Source of the DNA: Candidatus Methanomethylicia archaeon
GTDB lineage: Archaea; Thermoproteota; Methanomethylicia; CALHIW01
Reading direction: 5' to 3'
Assembly (NCBI GenBank): GCA_038845975.1
Contig: JAWBQF010000033.1
Coordinates: 1-27,348, forward strand
DNA: 27,348 bases
Both the position numbers and the translations under genes were made by a program. Below are positions 1-9,541 of the stretch, in pieces. A model generated the notes under the pieces. It ran no database searches. It was not told where the DNA came from and worked only from the letters and a program-made list of their open reading frames with translations. The stretch's first letter is position 1. Each line of letters begins with the position of its first letter.

Positions 1-80
1 TATCATTAAATACTATGGTTATAGGAATGCTTATTAAGCTTTTTCGTACTTTATGTAAACTTGAATTTGCAAAATTTCGG

Positions 81-96
81 AATTAAGCCACAAAGC
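81..96. mobile_element. Terminal inverted repeat of an IS5-family element or MITE extending off the left edge
   Basis: AATTAAGCCACAAAGC is identical to the terminal IR of the IS5-like element at 13234-13249. Confidence 0.65.
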
Positions 97-102
97 ATAA
101 GA

Positions 103-2169
103 TTAAATAATTTTGTGATAAGTTCCTTGTTGGCGTGATATCCTATAGATATGTTGGCTAATTTTCATTAACGCTATTGTATTTTGAAGAGCAGCCATGA
201 TTTGATCTTGATTTTTAAGTCTATATGGGCCGTATGTTGCACTAACTATTATTTTGATTCTATCATTAACATGTATTTCAACTCCTTTAATCATCCATTC
301 AACTAACGCATTAGGATATTTTTCAGATAATGGTTTTAATGCTTTAACATAATTGCTTGGTTTAACTATTAGATTTTTCAATCCTAATTCTCTAACTTTA
401 CTTTTAGGCACTCCCTTAAATTTCAGATTTAAAGGTATAAATACTTCATCTTCGATAAAGCTTTCAGGATACTTAGACATGATCTTAATATGTTCATTAT
501 GTGAGTAATATTTTCTATCATCAGTTCTCATAATCATTCTTATATTAATTTTCCTCTCAGAGTAGTCTAAGGAACTTATTCTCTCTAATCTATCAATTTC
601 ATTGGCTAGCTTTTCAGCTAGATCTAATACATCGTAGAAAAAGTATATATTACCTGTTTTAACACCATCTCTTAGAACTCCTCTAATTTTCCTAATATTA
701 AAGTAGCTTTTATACTTATATGTGTTTTCAATTTTATCCATGCTTCTAAGCCATGTTATATATACTGGTTCAAATCCACTTCTTGATAGTGCTTCAACAA
801 TTAACTTCCCTTTAATAGCCTTAACTCCAATGTTTTCCGCTAACTCATTGATGTATTCCGAGATTTGGTGCGATCTACCGGGCCATATTGGTGTTGTTTC
901 ATTGAAAATACCGTTACAGTCTATACCCTCCCATGCAAGCGATTGTAAGCCTTCCGGTAGGACATCGTAGTCTCTTGTTTCAGGTGTTGCAATGAATACT
1001 GCATATTTAATTTTATTTGATGGTCTTAATCCTCTTCCAAGCCTTTGATATAATCTTATTGGAGATGCTGTTTGTGACCAGAATATCAGTAAATCTATTT
1101 CTGGTATGTCTATTCCCTCATCACCTGCCGAAGTGGCAACGATAAGTTTTGAGCTGCTTTTCTCAGCATCTCTTAATATTTTCTCTCTAACTTTAGGATT
1201 TGATGTTTTTACTCCTCCAATTACTGGAACCGGATTGTATTCCTTAAAACTATTAATAATGGAGTCTACATTAACTCTCCTATTAACAAAAACTATTGCT
1301 TTCTCAAAGCCTCTATGGTCTTCAAGTATGTTTTTTAAGGAGTCCAGCTTATGTGGTATACTAGGTATTTTACTAGTATCTACTGTTGATCTTATAAAAT
1401 TTGAGAATTCAGTATTTCTCCTTAATGAATCTATTAGTGAATCAGATCCATCTCTACTTAGCATTGTCATAGCTAAGGACGCATAGTAGCTAAATCCATA
1501 TCCTTTAAGCCATATGTAATAGAATTGTTTATAAATGTTTAATTCAATATCTCTTAATGGTGAATCATATACTTCAGCAATAACATATGGCTTCTTATAA
1601 CCTTTTCCTTCAAGGTCCTCAAAATCCCAAGTACCAATCGGACCTATATTATCTAAGATAATATGTTCTCTACTTTTAGGTATAAGGGCAGATAATCCTA
1701 GCTTTATTGAGTTTCTAAGATACTTAATTACTTTAGCAAACGGATCCTGTCCAACAGTATGGTGACATTCATCAATAATAGTTATAGGAAACTCTTTAGA
1801 CGCAGTACCTTCAATGATGTCATGTTTTATTGAAATATAGGATAATGCAGATTCTGGAGTGGTTACTATAATCCTCCTATTCCAGTCACGATTAGATACT
1901 CCTGAATGTATATATGAAACGTCAAATCCTTCATAACTAAATCTTCTAGCAACTTGCTGAACAAGAAATCTTGTAGGTTCAAGAACAAGAATTTTTCCCT
2001 TAAACTTATCTACTAATTGGTAAATGAAGGATAGGGCAATGATTGTTTTACCTGTACCCGTTGGTAAACATACTACAGCTCCCTTATCGCTTAACGCTAT
2101 ATTTAATGCCCATTCAACAGCTTCAGCCTGGTAGGGTCTTAGTCTTGTTTTAGGTAGCTCCTTCAACAT
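103..2169 (-). CDS. SF2 DEAD/DEAH-box helicase, Hef/MPH1-like helicase core with unrecognised C-terminal region
   Basis: 688-aa ORF with Q motif LRPYQ, Walker A LPTGTGKT, Ia PTRFLVQQ, DECHH, motif V ATSAGDEGIDIP and motif VI QRLGRGLR. No ERCC4 nuclease motif recognised. Confidence 0.85.
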   Translation of the reverse strand: MLKELPKTRLRPYQAEAVEWALNIALSDKGAVVCLPTGTGKTIIALSFIYQLVDKFKGKILVLEPTRFLVQQVARRFSYEGFDVSYIHSGVSNRDWNRRIIVTTPESALSYISIKHDIIEGTASKEFPITIIDECHHTVGQDPFAKVIKYLRNSIKLGLSALIPKSREHIILDNIGPIGTWDFEDLEGKGYKKPYVIAEVYDSPLRDIELNIYKQFYYIWLKGYGFSYYASLAMTMLSRDGSDSLIDSLRRNTEFSNFIRSTVDTSKIPSIPHKLDSLKNILEDHRGFEKAIVFVNRRVNVDSIINSFKEYNPVPVIGGVKTSNPKVREKILRDAEKSSSKLIVATSAGDEGIDIPEIDLLIFWSQTASPIRLYQRLGRGLRPSNKIKYAVFIATPETRDYDVLPEGLQSLAWEGIDCNGIFNETTPIWPGRSHQISEYINELAENIGVKAIKGKLIVEALSRSGFEPVYITWLRSMDKIENTYKYKSYFNIRKIRGVLRDGVKTGNIYFFYDVLDLAEKLANEIDRLERISSLDYSERKINIRMIMRTDDRKYYSHNEHIKIMSKYPESFIEDEVFIPLNLKFKGVPKSKVRELGLKNLIVKPSNYVKALKPLSEKYPNALVEWMIKGVEIHVNDRIKIIVSATYGPYRLKNQDQIMAALQNTIALMKISQHIYRISRQQGTYHKII

Positions 2170-2231
2170 CTCAATTCTCTCTAAAAGTTATTATAGAAAG
2201 TTTATATTTAAGCTTGTTGACATTAACTATA

Positions 2232-3236
2232 GATACTGTTACTTTTAGGTTTATGTTATTGCTGGTGGTTTTCCTATGGTTTGATGAGGTCTTATCCAGT
2301 TATACCAGAGGATGAAGAAGTTTAGGAATAGGTTGATCTTTATGATTCCCTTTCTTGTCTGAAGTTGTGTAGAATCTTTTGTTCGATCCTTAATTGTTCG
2401 AAACCATCTCTCTATCGTATTCCTTAGCCCGAAGGTTTGATGCCTCCATCTTAAACCATGGTTATACAATGCCTGGGGATACCATGACCCCTACTAGGAT
2501 TAGAGGCTTATTAATGCCTTAAGGACCTGCTTCTGAAATAATGTAAAGATTCAGAATGGTGTATCGATTTATCGTGGAGTTAAGATTGAAGATTATGTTT
2601 TCCTTGGTCCCCGCATGACATTTACTAATGATTTATACCCTAGAGCATACAATAATAATTGGCGAATTATACCGGCAATAGTTAAGAAAGGGGCAAGCAT
2701 AGGAGCTAATGCAACGATTCTATGTGGTGTAACTATTGGAAGATATGCTATGGTTGGAGCTGGAGCTGTAGTAATAGAGAACGTTCCTGATTTTGGTTTA
2801 GTTTATGGAAATCCTGCAAGACTTCAGGAAGAGATCTGCATCCAGTATGATTCTCCGCCATGAAGCCCTTATTGCTAGAAGCTCTTGGTCTTAACGTCTA
2901 TTGCAGCCCATAATAGAAATGATGCCCAGCCTCCTCAGCTTCATCTCATCAATAGCTACCATCCCTCTATTGGCCTCACATCAATTCTTACTCCCTCAAT
3001 CTTTTGAATCCAACGCCATACTGATACATGGCTCACATCAACAACCCGACAGACGTAGCAATATCCCTATAGCTAAGCCCAGCCATGTAGAGAATACATG
3101 CCCTCAACTTCTTTTTAAGCGAAACCTTATCTGAAAACTCCTTTATCTCTTAGGGCTTTGAGAAGCTTATCTATTAATATCACCTCCAAAGAATAACTTC
3201 TCAAAGCCCCCTCAAAAATCTAAAAGTAACAGTATC
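2232..3236 (-). mobile_element. IS6-family element with decayed, interrupted transposase
   Basis: Perfect 17-bp IRs GATACTGTTACTTTTAG (2232-2248 / 3220-3236) and 9-bp direct repeat TTAACTATA (2223-2231 / 3237-3245). Minus-strand pieces read VAIDEMKL, WAAIDVKT and RNTIERWFRTIKDRT. Confidence 0.9.
2534..2825 (+). pseudogene. Fragment of a hexapeptide-repeat sugar N-acetyltransferase (WbpD/WlbB-like) inserted in the IS6
   Basis: Reads [36 protein letters not shown]...[28 protein letters not shown]...VYGNPAR. N-terminus is missing; the 2615-2863 ORF runs out into IS sequence. Confidence 0.85.
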
Positions 3237-3449
3237 TTAACTATAGCTCATGAACTTTAGATATGAAAGCCATATGGTTGATAGCTTAAGCTAATAAGAT
3301 ATTAACCATTTAGAGCTACAAGTCTATGTGCAAAAATTTTACACTACATGAATATAGCTTTTCTAAAGTAGAAAGACTTAAAAATGTTTCGTATATGGTC
3401 TCAAGCTTGCAGTTAAAAGTAATATTTAAGTCATGGTGGTGGGGTATTT

Positions 3450-4400
3450 ATGGAACCTAAGGAAAAGATTAGTAGAGAATTGACGGATACTTTACCTGAG
3501 AAGTGTCCAGTATGTGGTGGAACACAGCTTATAAGAAGCTATGAAAGGGGTGAAGTATCGTGTGCTCAATGTGGAGCAGTACTAACAGAGAAGATAATTG
3601 ATACTGGTCCTGAATGGAGAGCATTTACTCCTGAAGAAAAAATGAAAAGAAGTAGAGCTGGAACACCATTAATTTCAATAGCTCCAGAAGTCGGTATGTC
3701 GACAGTTATAGAGGCTCCTTATAAGGATGCTTTCGGTAAAAGTATAGATTTAAAGAAAAGACTAGAAATATTGAGATGGCGTAAATGGCAAATAAGAAGT
3801 CAAGCTCACTCATCAATGGAGAGAAATCTTACTCAGGCAATAGCTGATCTAGAAAGAATAAGTAATATTCTCGGAATACCAACAAATGTAAAGGAGGAAG
3901 CTATAGATACATATAGAAAGGCTGTTGAAGCAGGTTTAGTAAGAGGTAGATCAATAGAGTCTGTGATAGCTGCATCAATATATACAGCGTGTAGGAAATG
4001 GAAAGTACCGAGAACTCTTGAAGAAATAGCAAAATATACAAAGGCCGGCAGGAAGGATGTATCAAGATGCTATAGGTTACTTTTAAGAGAAACCGGAATT
4101 AGAATTCCACTTCCTGATCCAGCTGATTTTGTAGAAAGAATTTCTGAAACTTTAAAGTTGAGCGGAATCGTGCAGAAAAGAGCAGTTGAGCTAATTAAGA
4201 AAGCAAGAGAGTTAAGATTAACAAGTGGGAAGGATCCTGCAGGAATGGCTGCTGCAGCTGTTTATATTGCTGCATTATTAGAGGGTGAAAAGAGAACACA
4301 AAGAGAAATAGCTCATGCAGCACAAGTAACAGAAGTAACAGTACGTAATAGATATAAGGAGCTTGTAACGGGCTTAAAGCTAGATATACCCTTAACATAA
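3450..4400 (+). CDS. tfb: Transcription initiation factor IIB (TFB)
   Basis: Zn ribbon CPVCG...CAQCG, B-reader GPEWRAF, two cyclin repeats (GRSIESV, GKDPAG), C-terminal [13 protein letters not shown]. Confidence 0.97.
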   Translation: MEPKEKISRELTDTLPEKCPVCGGTQLIRSYERGEVSCAQCGAVLTEKIIDTGPEWRAFTPEEKMKRSRAGTPLISIAPEVGMSTVIEAPYKDAFGKSIDLKKRLEILRWRKWQIRSQAHSSMERNLTQAIADLERISNILGIPTNVKEEAIDTYRKAVEAGLVRGRSIESVIAASIYTACRKWKVPRTLEEIAKYTKAGRKDVSRCYRLLLRETGIRIPLPDPADFVERISETLKLSGIVQKRAVELIKKARELRLTSGKDPAGMAAAAVYIAALLEGEKRTQREIAHAAQVTEVTVRNRYKELVTGLKLDIPLT

Positions 4401-4441
4401 ACTTTTAACATTTATTCTGGTAATTTGTGTTAGGGGTGTTA

Positions 4442-5323
4442 ATGTCATTCCTATATATTAATAGTCAACCAATAGTTTTTGGAGGTTTCCAGCATACATT
4501 TAAAGATTCGAAATTCATTGTTGTTGGTGTTCCCTATGATGGTACTGCAACTTTTCGTGTAGGAGCTAGATTTGCTCCTGAATCCATTAGACGTATTTCA
4601 GGAAATATGGAAACTTATAGTTTAAGAGCTAATTTGGATTTAGAGGATGTTAAAATTCATGATTTGGGGGATGTTCTTTGTGTTCATGGTGATCATAATG
4701 TAACCCTTAGGAGAATTGAAGCTGTTATAAGTGATTTAATATCTCAAAATAAAACTCCAGTTATCATTGGTGGGGAGCATAGCATAACATATGCATCCGT
4801 AAAAGCATGTAATGCTGACGTGGTAATATCCTTTGATGCCCATGCAGACATGAGAGACCAGTATCCATTAGGATTAGTTAATACCCATGCTACAGTTATG
4901 AGGAGGATAAGCGAGATGCTTGGTTCTAAAAATATTATTGAAATTGGTATTAGAGGCTTTTGTAAGGAAGAATTAAGCTATCTAAAGAAGTCAGGTATTT
5001 TGTACTTTACACCTAAACACTTAAAAACATTAACAGTGTATGATGTTATCAAGTCAATTCAATCCTATATTTCAAGAGCAAATAGAGTGTATATATCAAT
5101 AGATGTTGATGTTTTAGATCCATCGATAGCACCGGGAGTTAGTAATCCTGAACCTGAAGGACTAACTACAACAATGCTTCTCGACATAATTGAGGACTTA
5201 GTATCTAGTAAGGTTATTGGATTTGATGTTGTGGAAGTATGCCCACCATATGATCTAAATGAAGCAACATCTATACAAGCAACACATATTATTTTTGAAA
5301 CCATAGCTCTTCTAGCTAGATAG
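4442..5323 (+). CDS. speB: Agmatinase (ureohydrolase family)
   Basis: GVPYD, GARFAP, GGEHSIT, DAHADMRD, SIDVDVLDP, PGVSNPEPEG. ATG at 4442 preferred over GTG at 4427. Confidence 0.92.
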   Translation: MSFLYINSQPIVFGGFQHTFKDSKFIVVGVPYDGTATFRVGARFAPESIRRISGNMETYSLRANLDLEDVKIHDLGDVLCVHGDHNVTLRRIEAVISDLISQNKTPVIIGGEHSITYASVKACNADVVISFDAHADMRDQYPLGLVNTHATVMRRISEMLGSKNIIEIGIRGFCKEELSYLKKSGILYFTPKHLKTLTVYDVIKSIQSYISRANRVYISIDVDVLDPSIAPGVSNPEPEGLTTTMLLDIIEDLVSSKVIGFDVVEVCPPYDLNEATSIQATHIIFETIALLAR

Positions 5324-5338
5324 ATCTCTGTAAAATTC

Positions 5339-5485
5339 CTAAATGGCTTTAACTACCTTAACAATAGGAGGTCTAAGCTTAATTATTAGTTTACTCCTAC
5401 AGTATATACATCTTACTCCACGCATTTTTGAAAGTTCTTCAGGTTTTATAATTCTCCCACAATTCATACATTTATAGTAGCTCAT
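5339..5485 (-). CDS. rpoP: DNA-directed RNA polymerase subunit P (Rpo12); not in the supplied ORF track
   Basis: Hand translation MSYYKCMNCGRIIKPEELSKMRGVRCIYCRSKLIIKLRPPIVKVVKAI* (48 aa): two CxxC pairs and the Rpo12-type KxRPP..K.VKAI tail. Confidence 0.92.
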   Translation of the reverse strand: MSYYKCMNCGRIIKPEELSKMRGVRCIYCRSKLIIKLRPPIVKVVKAI

Positions 5486-5531
5486 AAATGTACCCTATTA
5501 AACAGTTTCCTTACATTAATGTTTTAGATAG

Positions 5532-5546
5532 AAAAACTTATAAATT
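5532..5546 (+). promoter_or_regulatory. Putative BRE/TATA promoter for SUI1
   Basis: AAAAAC-TTATAAAT about 35-50 bp upstream of the ATG at 5582. Confidence 0.45.
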
Positions 5547-5581
5547 TACTCCTCATATTCACGTAGAGTGGGTCAATACTA

Positions 5582-5890
5582 ATGAGTACCATATGTCCTG
5601 TTTGCGGACTACCTGAAGAACTATGCATGTGCAAGGCAATAGCGCAAGAGGAGCAGAGAATCAGAATAAAACTTGAAAAAAGAAAATGGGGAAGGGACGT
5701 AACGGTTATTGAAGGTATTAATGATAAGGATATAGATATACATGATCTAGCTTCAACACTTAAATCTAAATGTGCATGTGGCGGTACAGCTAAGAATGGT
5801 GTAATTGAATTGCAAGGAGATCATAGAGGTAAAGCCCGTAGAATACTTATATCGCTAGGTTTTAAAGAGGATAATATTGTTGTTGAATAG
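5582..5890 (+). CDS. sui1: Translation initiation factor aIF1 (SUI1 family)
   Basis: [43 protein letters not shown]. Confidence 0.96.
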   Translation: MSTICPVCGLPEELCMCKAIAQEEQRIRIKLEKRKWGRDVTVIEGINDKDIDIHDLASTLKSKCACGGTAKNGVIELQGDHRGKARRILISLGFKEDNIVVE

Positions 5891-5941
5891 CTATGAATAA
5901 TAATTGTAGACTTAAATTATTGTGTGTTTAAACAATATCTG

Positions 5942-6088
5942 ATTTGTTGCCCGCATTATGGAGGCTTAAAGATAAAACCTGAATATACTACTTCATGATT
6001 GTTGACTCCACTATTATATATGTGAAAGTTACGGATATCATGATAATATCTTCCTAGAGGTTAAGATAGAAGAATTTAAATATGATTA
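5942..6088 (+). pseudogene. Remnant of a small Zn-ribbon protein gene
   Basis: Reads CPHYG..IKP..S*LLTP / CESYGYHDNIFLEV. Resembles CPxCG...W..P..CxxCGYxG with G-to-A changes, one stop and one frameshift. Confidence 0.35.
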
Positions 6089-6610
6089 AGCTTTATTCTG
6101 TAATGCGTAAAGTCTCTTTATTCTTTCAACACCATTAATCTCCTCAATAATTTTTACAGTAGATCCTGGCACTAAGCTTTTCCAATCTCCATCTTCAATA
6201 ATAAGTCTTCTAATATTGGTTGCATTTAAAACTTCCCTATTAATGTAAGGTATAGACTCAACAATATATCCCTCCGCCTCAAGAAGCATGCGTGTAAATA
6301 AATCATTACTAAATGCTATAGAAAATTTTGGGCTGTGCTGTTTAACAAGCGAAGCCCAAATATAGTGTTGCTCTGTATCTGGAACCTGAGTTAAAATACA
6401 TCTATCTAGAAGACCTTCATCCTTGAGGAAATACCAAATCATCTTAATTCTCTCACCAACAGTAAATGGATTAATCAGCGTATAGCTATGCTGTGCTGAG
6501 CCAATAGCAATTATAATATTTGAAACTTTACTAAGAATATACCTTATAGCATAAACATGACCATTATGAAGTGGCTGAAATCTACCAATGTAAAGCCCCC
6601 AATTATCCAT
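6086..6610 (-). CDS. nadM: Nicotinamide-nucleotide adenylyltransferase
   Basis: GRFQPLHNGH (HxGH), IGSAQ, NPFTVGER, ATNIRR and WKSLVP, typical of archaeal NMNAT. Confidence 0.93.
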   Translation of the reverse strand: MDNWGLYIGRFQPLHNGHVYAIRYILSKVSNIIIAIGSAQHSYTLINPFTVGERIKMIWYFLKDEGLLDRCILTQVPDTEQHYIWASLVKQHSPKFSIAFSNDLFTRMLLEAEGYIVESIPYINREVLNATNIRRLIIEDGDWKSLVPGSTVKIIEEINGVERIKRLYALQNKA

Positions 6611-6860
6611 ATGCTCAGTTTTTAAAAGTAATATTTATCTTTAATTATTAGTAACACTAATAAAGCTACAATATTATTAATGGGCCAATCCTAAAGTATA
6701 AAATATCCCTAACTAGCTTAGCAATAGGGTTTAGAATTTAGATATCAGTATTCTTAAGTAATATCATAGTCTTTACAACACTAACATATCATGTCGTTCA
6801 TAGTCTAAACAGTAGAATCGGTTACCAACTACTACGAAACTCTGAATGATTTTAGTAGTC

Positions 6861-6940
6861 TTCAAACTAGATTCTAAATATTGAATATAAACTAAATTTT
6901 AAGATTATAAACTAAATTCTAACTTTAAACTGAAATTTGA
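6861..6940. repeat. Four imperfect direct repeats, consensus about AAACTARATTYTAA
   Basis: Copies at 6861-6877, 6886-6902, 6906-6922 and 6924-6940; inverted partial copy TTAGAATTTAG at 6731-6741. Lies in the divergent nadM/HIT intergenic region. Confidence 0.55.
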
Positions 6941-7004
6941 TAGGAAAATGGTTAGTGATAACATTAAATAGAAAACATTAAATATTTTAATCTTTACTTC
7001 ACTT

Positions 7005-7505
7005 ATGAGTGAATTCTCAATACTTCATGCTCCATGGCGTATTAAATATATAACTATGCCTAAAACAGAGGAATGCATATTCTGTACTAAACCTAAAGAA
7101 GAAAGAGATGAAGAAAACTATATAATCCATAGGAGTTCTAAATGCTTTATAATTTTAAACATGTTTCCATACAATACTGGTCATCTTATGATTGCTCCCT
7201 ACCGTCATACTTCATCATTTGAAGATTTAACTGATGATGAATCCCTAGATTTAATGAAGTTAATATCATTAGCTTTAAAGATGTTGAGGAAAGCTTATAC
7301 TCCTGATGGCTTTAATATTGGTGTAAATATTGGAAGTGCTGCAGGTGCTGGTATTGTGGATCATGTACATCTTCATATAGTACCTAGATGGATTGGAGAT
7401 ACAAACTTCATGGTTGTAATATCTAATACTAAAGTTATCCCTGAGATGCTTAAGTCTACATTTGAAAAGCTAAGGAAAGCATTACTAGAACTTACTGGAA
7501 GTTAA
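7005..7505 (+). CDS. HIT-family nucleotide hydrolase/phosphorylase (Ap4A phosphorylase-like)
   Basis: APWR, CIFC, NMFPYNTGHLMIAPYRH, GFNIGVNIG..AGAG, triad HVHLHIVPRW.GDTNF. Confidence 0.92.
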   Translation: MSEFSILHAPWRIKYITMPKTEECIFCTKPKEERDEENYIIHRSSKCFIILNMFPYNTGHLMIAPYRHTSSFEDLTDDESLDLMKLISLALKMLRKAYTPDGFNIGVNIGSAAGAGIVDHVHLHIVPRWIGDTNFMVVISNTKVIPEMLKSTFEKLRKALLELTGS

Positions 7506-7513
7506 AATTATTT

Positions 7514-8563
7514 TTACATTTCATCTATTATTGTTTTTATGAAGTTCTCGATGAATATTGTTTTAGGCATTTTAAGCTTTATAATTGCCTTTAAAATATC
7601 TTTCAATGTTATCTTTACACTTATATGGTATGAATACCTATGTCCACCGCCATTAAATTTAGCACTTAAAACTGTGAAATCTATGTTACTACTATCTACA
7701 CCTCTTTGAAGACTTAGATCTCCTCCTTTCTGTATTAATAGTAGAAATGCTGCTGAATATTTTTTTGCGATCTCTCTTCTTAGTATATCGTAATTTAATG
7801 TATAAGATTTACGTAAATCTACAATGACAAATCTTCTCCCCATTCTTGTAGTCATTACTCTATGTGGTTTATCTCTTATGTATTTCATTGTTTCCTCAGC
7901 TATTTTTACTCCTTCAGAATACATTCTATTAGTTTCCTCGCTTTTTTCATTTAATGCTAGTTTCTGTACAACATATCTTCTATATATTGTTCTATTGACT
8001 TTATCATATGTTTTAGCTCCCTCAAGAGCTCTTCTCCAGTAATTATCCCATTCTTTATCCTCACTTTTACCCATAAGCAAGTTTAGCAGGTTTAATGAGT
8101 ACTTATCCTCTCTACTGTAAAGTCTATACACTATTTCAGCGTTATATTTGGCCTTCATATTTAATATAAGTTCATCTATATTTCCCTCAATACTTCTCAT
8201 TATATTTGGACTCCAAGTAACATGGTGGTCTATCCATACTATATTAAATTTGCTTCTCAATTTCTTTAACTCTCTTAAAACCATGTTTATAATTTGGTTT
8301 TGAGCGCTTATATCAAGTATGAACAGCTTACCATTTCTTATATTTCTACATGATTCATTAAGAGAGCTTAGTGTTTCATGAAGCTTATTCGGTTCGCTGA
8401 AATATAGATAGGCATTAGGGTATTTTCTAAGAAGAATCGCAGCGGATATATAACCATCCAAATCGTTATGTGTGCATATGTTTACATTAACTTCTTCATC
8501 ACATAACGCTTCCATTTTTGAAGTTTTTTCCTTATTTTCACTACGTTCAGCCATGTTTTCCAT
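7514..8563 (-). CDS. DHH-family phosphoesterase with DHHA1-like C-terminal domain
   Basis: THNDLDG, FILD, WIDHH and GGGH motifs. True start may be a downstream Met. Confidence 0.8.
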   Translation of the reverse strand: MENMAERSENKEKTSKMEALCDEEVNVNICTHNDLDGYISAAILLRKYPNAYLYFSEPNKLHETLSSLNESCRNIRNGKLFILDISAQNQIINMVLRELKKLRSKFNIVWIDHHVTWSPNIMRSIEGNIDELILNMKAKYNAEIVYRLYSREDKYSLNLLNLLMGKSEDKEWDNYWRRALEGAKTYDKVNRTIYRRYVVQKLALNEKSEETNRMYSEGVKIAEETMKYIRDKPHRVMTTRMGRRFVIVDLRKSYTLNYDILRREIAKKYSAAFLLLIQKGGDLSLQRGVDSSNIDFTVLSAKFNGGGHRYSYHISVKITLKDILKAIIKLKMPKTIFIENFIKTIIDEM

Positions 8564-8656
8564 CTACCTATTCAAATCTTCAGGAAACCATGAGGAGGCT
8601 ACTTATAAATTTTTATGTTGAGCGTAGCTCTTTAGTAAGGTTTTTATGGTTGACAC

Positions 8657-9373
8657 GGCTTTGTTAACTTTAGATTTATTTGTGAGTTCCCCTATTTATG
8701 GTGTTAGTATGTCTAAAGTTATCAAGTTTGTAGGGAGAGAACTCCATTTACTCTAGTTGTTATGGTGCTTACATATATTTTCGTTCATCTAGGATGGCTT
8801 CAGATATTTAGTTTATTGTTTTAGGTTATGTATCCATATTATTGTGGTTTATCTTAATCTTCTATTGATTTTGATAGGAGGGATGTTAGGATTGTTATGG
8901 TTGATGATACTATTGTAAGTAGGTTTTAAGAGTAAGATTGTTTATGTTGCATTCGAGCCATTATTGAGGAGGATTCTATATGTATGGGTTTTTATGCTGC
9001 AACATACTTACATCTCTAGCATTCCTTAAGAAAATTAGAGCTATTTACGGTTCTAATATAGTTGTATTAAGTGATGGAGCTCATTATTATAAAGCATCAT
9101 GTAGAATATTAAAATTAAAACATGAATTATATAGTTTAGAAGTTAGAATTAATGGATGGAATAATACAATACATTAAGGATAGAACTAGATTATTCGATA
9201 ATTATATACCGTGCATGAAGGATAAATGCGGTAATGAGCATGCATCAATACTTATGAAGTCAATAGCATACATACTAAACAAACATGGATTAACAAGAAA
9301 ATAAAAGCTAAGAATTCATAGAAGATACAATACCAAAATAGAGGTGATAAAACATGCTTAAGTTAACAAAGCC
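8657..9373 (+). mobile_element. IS6-family element, transposase pseudogene
   Basis: Perfect 14-bp IRs GGCTTTGTTAACTT / AAGTTAACAAAGCC, 717 bp. Fragments read VVLSDGAHYY and IKDRTRLFDNYIPC. No TSD seen. Confidence 0.85.
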
Positions 9374-9541
9374 ATTAGATATTAACGTAATTATTTAAGG
9401 ATTTATATAATCTCAATTCTACAACTTCTTAACATTTATTAGTAGTAAGTATGAATACCTCTAAATTCATCATATATTAATAAGCAATAAATTTAAATGG
9501 CATTCCATTTTTAGGATAGCATTAACAATTAGGTGATGCAA

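Noticed and set aside
722-1486. Plus-strand ORFs within the helicase, and similar short antisense ORFs within tfb, speB, DHH, fusA and the ATPase locus
   Set aside because: Antisense shadows of well-supported genes.
6861-6940. Possible CRISPR array or replication origin
   Set aside because: Repeats are short and imperfect with spacers under 10 bp; no cas or cdc6 gene and no ORB-type G-string.
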